DNA from: Trichoplax adhaerens
Taxonomy: Eukaryota; Animalia; Placozoa
DNA length: 64,000 nucleotides
NCBI RefSeq assembly: GCF_000150275.1
Contig: NW_002060951.1
Coordinates: forward strand, 2,118,297 to 2,182,296
Direction: 5' to 3'
The position numbers and the translations under genes are program-made. How positions within the stretch are numbered: the first letter of the stretch is position 1; every line of letters begins with the position of its first letter. Positions 59,144 to 64,000 of this stretch are shown one piece after another. The notes below the pieces were generated by a model. It ran no database searches. It was not told the origin of the DNA and saw nothing but the letters and a program-made list of their open reading frames with translations.

Positions 59144-62100
59144 TTAGTTGCTTTGATTAGTATCTTGATTTGATGATGATGGCTCTAGTTTTGAATATTC
59201 AGAATAGTCGTACTGAATGTTATGCTCTTGAAGTAGTAATTCCATCTTTCGAATAACTTTTTCTTTCTATCAAATTAAAAGTGATTTAGATCGTTATTGA
59301 GGACCAAAGAGTTAAAAGGATTTCTATTGTTACATACTTTTATTGTAATCTAATTCCATATTCAGTTTTGTTATGAGAAGAGAATTATTATAGAGGGTCA
59401 AGACTAGTTTTATTCTTAAAGTTAAAATTTTATATAGTGTTTATATTTCCTTGTTTATAATTTGTTCACGCAAGTCATGCGCTTGTATTAATGTAAAAGA
59501 GTCTTCTCTATTGCATAATATGACAAAAACATATCTTTTATCTTTCTAACACCAGAACAATTTATGTTATTAAATACATCAATGTGAGAATACCTATACA
59601 GTACAATTAACCTTAATCTCATAATTAGCAACTCTCTGCCTGTCACGACAACTTCTGTAACACGTATTTCATGACCATAATTAATTAATTAATTATCAGT
59701 GATGCAATAGTTAATACTAATACAGATCGTATAAAAATAAATACTATTAATTGCATTGCTGATATTTTTATTTTAAATTAAGAAGAAAATTACTGTATTA
59801 ATTGTTAATGAATGCCCATAACAATTAATAGCACAAACCTGCTCTACTAGTAATTTAGCTTCATTCGAGATCTTAAGGGAAGATAGATTGGCAGCTGGAA
59901 AGATCTGAGCTGGCTTTAACTGACGTTCTGACTTAGTAAGCCCAACTCCACTCTTGTTATTCATAAAATTAACTTCTTTTCTAGTTCTTATAGCATGTAC
60001 CTAATTCAAATAAGCCAATTTTTATTTAGGCCGTGCCAGATTAGATTATTAGCATAATTTCGATTACAGAAGCGTATAAGATTTTAATTTATTTCAATTA
60101 ATGTACCTTTTTATTTATATCAAGCTAGCATTATTACAGTTGCTATGCAAATTTACCTTTGGAGAAAAAATTAGAACGATGGTCAGAGTCGTGCATAGTA
60201 TTATGAAGGAAGCAATTAAGCAAAAGCTAGTGATAGGGTCAGTATTGATGACTGCAGTAAGAAGAACGCCGGTAGTACATAGTACAAATACATTGTAGAT
60301 GCATAATCCTATCAACTTAGAATCATTAAGTTCCTTAATGGCAACAGAACGTGTTTCCCATGCCAAGAATGCGCCGAAGATCATTAAAAGAAATTTATAA
60401 CCATAGATAATTCCTGTCCAAAGTGACAAATATTTTGATGTGCACACAACTGCAATATAGTGAGTAGTTACTGTTGGATTATTCTGAACAGCCTACGTAG
60501 TCAACAAGTAGAAAACAAAACATGACAGTAAATTAGAGAAGTATAGAGAATTATAAAACTCTTACAGTAACAAGACTAATATTTTACCCTAGGTAATACT
60601 GTCTCTTTTTGTACGTATAGGGGATCAATAGTTTGCCAAAAGACTAGTATAATAATATCAATTACGGCGAGGCCAAATATCTTGACAATTAGATTTCTAT
60701 CCTTTATGATCTATTAATGATTAAAAACAGCTGTTAAAATATTTTACAAGATGCTTAACCTCTTAATACTTTATACTTACTATAGAACGCTTGGTTTTAT
60801 TTCTATATATAGTATAAACGCGCCATGTTTTCCAGAACAGTGAGCCAAAGCCTAGCGTAAAACCAATACATAAAGTCCATGCAGCGGAAGTGCATATCGC
60901 TGGTAGAGCATTTTCACCAACAAACTTCCAATCTAAACCAAAAAACATCACCGAAAAAAAACAAAGCATGGCACCAACTAGCATAATAATGTTGATTTTA
61001 GGGCTTGAGATCTTAATTCGTCTGTCAATAAATGAATTTTCGGTAAAGGTTAATTTGTAACGTAAGCGACACCGTAATTAATTTAACTCGTTCCATTTCT
61101 TACATAGATTTCTCTAACTTATTTGTAAAATTCAAATCGGACTTTAATATCACATCGGCTCTAGACTATGTTCGTAGAAATACAAGTATATATTGAAAGC
61201 TTACCTATCATTCTGCATGGTTATATTAAATATCATAAACATCGTAGTGAGTAATACACCAGCCATAGCCAAGCAAGCAAATACGATATATATAGCAGTA
61301 GGGATAGACTGCCACTCGTTGTGGACGTTTTCTCCATCAGCCGGAGTAAAGTTACCTATGTTAAAAGAATCAGTATTAAACTCAATTTAATATGCCGGAT
61401 GCATCAGTTATAAGTTTTGCGACTATTTCAAACTAAATACGATAATTAAGAAATTTCACGGAACTTCAATTATGGTAGAAAATATGTGATACCTTGCCAT
61501 TTGATAGAATATGGTTCGTTCGATACCGATAACGTTTTCGTAAAATAATTGTAAAACCCTGCTCTAATTGTATAATTTGGATAAACTTGCCCTATTCACC
61601 GAAAATATACAAGAATGGTATAATTGATTATAATTGCAATAAGAATTAATTTTACGGTAAAAGCTTATTCGTATTATTTTGATAGGTCGAAAGACAAAAA
61701 AAATTACTATGGCGTCGGCATTCTATGCATGAAACCGATATATGATTTTGAGTCAAAATGTTATTGGAGTGAAATTCTAATTGCACGGCTTCATCACATT
61801 AAATCAAACTACTCTAATGAATAATAATCAAATAAAGACGTTCATGCTATTTGAAAGATTAGTTAACATAAAAATGGAAGTCGATGATGTGCAGTATATT
61901 GTACAGTAGTATCATATTGTAGCGGAAATCAATCGATAGATTACACGGTTTTATTTCTCGTAAAACATGATGTTGCATCCGTACTTTGATATTGCATGAC
62001 CATCACATTTCCAACTCGATTGCCATCGACAAATGCAATTCGACCCTGTTAGTAAAATAATAAGCAGTAAAGGTTAGCAGGATAACTGTGATCTTAATGG

Positions 62101-62981
62101 CCATGTAAAATGTAAGGAATTACTACGGTCTTAAACTTAACGTAAAAAGTAATGGTAAAATTCAAATAAACCATGAATACGTAAAACTTTAGATAAAGTT
62201 ATCTGAGAAAGATACTATCAATTAAATTAGATCGATTTCATTATAGATTTAATAGGTAATAGCCACCAAATTTTATTAGCATTTACTATAATTAATGTTT
62301 TAGCGCCACCGGAGCGCAACTAGAGCAGTAACATAACTGCCATATTCATATACGCGTGCACTTACGCTTAAACCAATAAATGAAACGTTGTTCAAAGCAT
62401 CAACAAGTATATGTGCCGTAATGTTATCATTATAATTGAATGAGGACAGATTTCTTGCATATTTTTCCCTTAATATCTCATCAGTACGATTTAGTCCAAG
62501 TGCTAATGCCCAAATTGCATCGTAAGCGTAAGAATAGCTGCCACTTAATGGAGCACCATTTGAAAAATTGTTATAAGCTTCTATAAACCCATTAATCGTC
62601 TGATGATTGACAAAAAATTACAGAAAGCAACTTATTAATTTAAATGCATTAACGATATAAGCTAATTGATTATCTATACTTTCTGCTTTCTATTAAACGG
62701 TGAGTATCATAATAAAAGATTATCTATGCTAGAATCGAATCAGTACAACGAAAGATAGTCGTTGAATACTATAAGTTCCTTACATATCCTGACAGCGGCT
62801 TTTCGTTATTAACTGGTAATAATTCGTTTTTGAATGCAACGTAGCCTTCAATAACTTCCTGTATCTGCTCCGATGTACAATTTATATCGAGCTTTTTTAG
62901 ATCGTTAATAAACCAGTTTTCAAGATAAAATCCAGGCAGCATCCATACATAATGCGAGCCAAACAGTTTTTGATGATAAGC
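59144..62981 (-). CDS. GABA-B receptor-like class C GPCR, paralog D, exons 6-15 (exons 1-5 presumably beyond the window end)
   Basis: Exons 62981-62784, 62599-62366, 62045-61985, 61591-61493, 61355-61205, 61021-60781, 60710-60588, 60492-60157, 60000-59839, 59266-59144. Motifs YVWMLPGF, AYDAIWALALGLN, KISSPKIN, FWKTWRV, LAWETRSVAIKELNDSK. Exon sizes match paralogs A-C. Confidence 0.9.
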
Positions 62982-64000
62982 CTAAAAAGTGGAGTAAGAT
63001 AACTTTGATAACTTATACAAATATTGTAATATGAGCTAATAATTAGTATATGCGCAAGATAACACCGAGCAAGTAATATTTTTGAATACGTTGTTTAGGC
63101 GCTGAAAATTTTACGTCAATCGTCAGTGCTACATCTGAAAGACAAAAACTAAAGATAATCTAATTGTAAGAACTAACTGTTAAGGATGATCTGGTATATT
63201 AAAAAATAAATTTCATCGCTTGTTTCATGCAGCTCTGCAGTATAAACTTTACCATCTCTTTCTAAAGACGAATAGAAATGGTAAAGATGGGCTGAATCAT
63301 GGACTACTAGATGCAACTAGTAGTCCGTAGCTGAATACAATAACGTATCCTCTTTATGGCTCTTAGTAATACTGTGTTAACTATCCTATCTACGATATGT
63401 GGCTACTTTGGCATAATTTGTTGCTAGTGATATAGTATTTAATATTTCAGCCTTAAAATCTTATTCGTGTAGCGTAGTGAAAGTTATCAAGGATGCAGTT
63501 CAATTAGGTTTTGTTCTAGAAAACGGAATCATATCGGGTCCGCGATACAGCGCTACCTTCAAATAGGATCATTTCTTTTCAAACAATTTAGCGGGATGCA
63601 GCAAACACGAAGCAGTTATAACTAAAGAATTAATTAATAATTACTAATCTTACTAAATTTTAACATCATTACAAAGGACTTAAAGCTACTTCTTGCCTTC
63701 AGCTATAATAGCTACGGTATCAAGAATTCAGCTCTTACTGCTATCAAATGATCTTCTAAATGACTCTATATTCGATTTACTATCGCCTATGTACGGTGTT
63801 AAAATCAGCGGAGCAAGATTTACTGACTGCATCAATCAAATTCTACATACATACAGAATTTATTATACTCGTAGGTTACCATAGCTCTCTTATTTTATAT
63901 CAAACCGAAAAACTACTCAGATTGTAGTACGAACGTGGATTGACTACAACCAAGACATACTTCAAATGCAAATATGTAGTTTTTCTGTTACGAGAAACGG

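Noticed and set aside
9972-62981. Assigning the symbols GABBR1 or GABBR2, or calling the genes mGluR/CaSR
   Set aside because: The absence of a cysteine-rich domain excludes mGluR/CaSR. The pocket residues and four-copy array argue against 1:1 orthology, which needs a phylogeny.

Overview
AT-rich, intron-dense eukaryotic (animal) DNA. The compact introns and the expanded GABA-B-like GPCR family suggest an early-branching metazoan such as a placozoan, which is an inference. From left to right the window holds: the 3' part of CCDC43 (+); a complete 19-exon NDUFV1 (-) with a 24-nt microexon and one GC-AG intron; and a ~1.6 kb island of TACAG/CTGTA-rich, largely self-complementary sequence directly upstream of NDUFV1. 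That island encloses an inverted-repeat-bounded ACGT-motif element and a candidate TATA-driven box C/D snoRNA. The rest is a head-to-tail array of four class C GPCR genes of the GABA-B type (all - strand, 15 exons each; the fourth runs off the window). The four receptors share intron positions and have GABA-B2-like 7TM signalling motifs. Their Venus-flytrap pockets lack the GABA amine-binding residues and the lobe-1 disulfide and differ from one another, so they look like a diversifying orphan chemoreceptor array rather than GABA receptors. One 166-bp interspersed repeat (two inverted copies) and several strong hairpins lie in introns and spacers. Exon coordinates were derived by hand from splice signals and reading-frame continuity.
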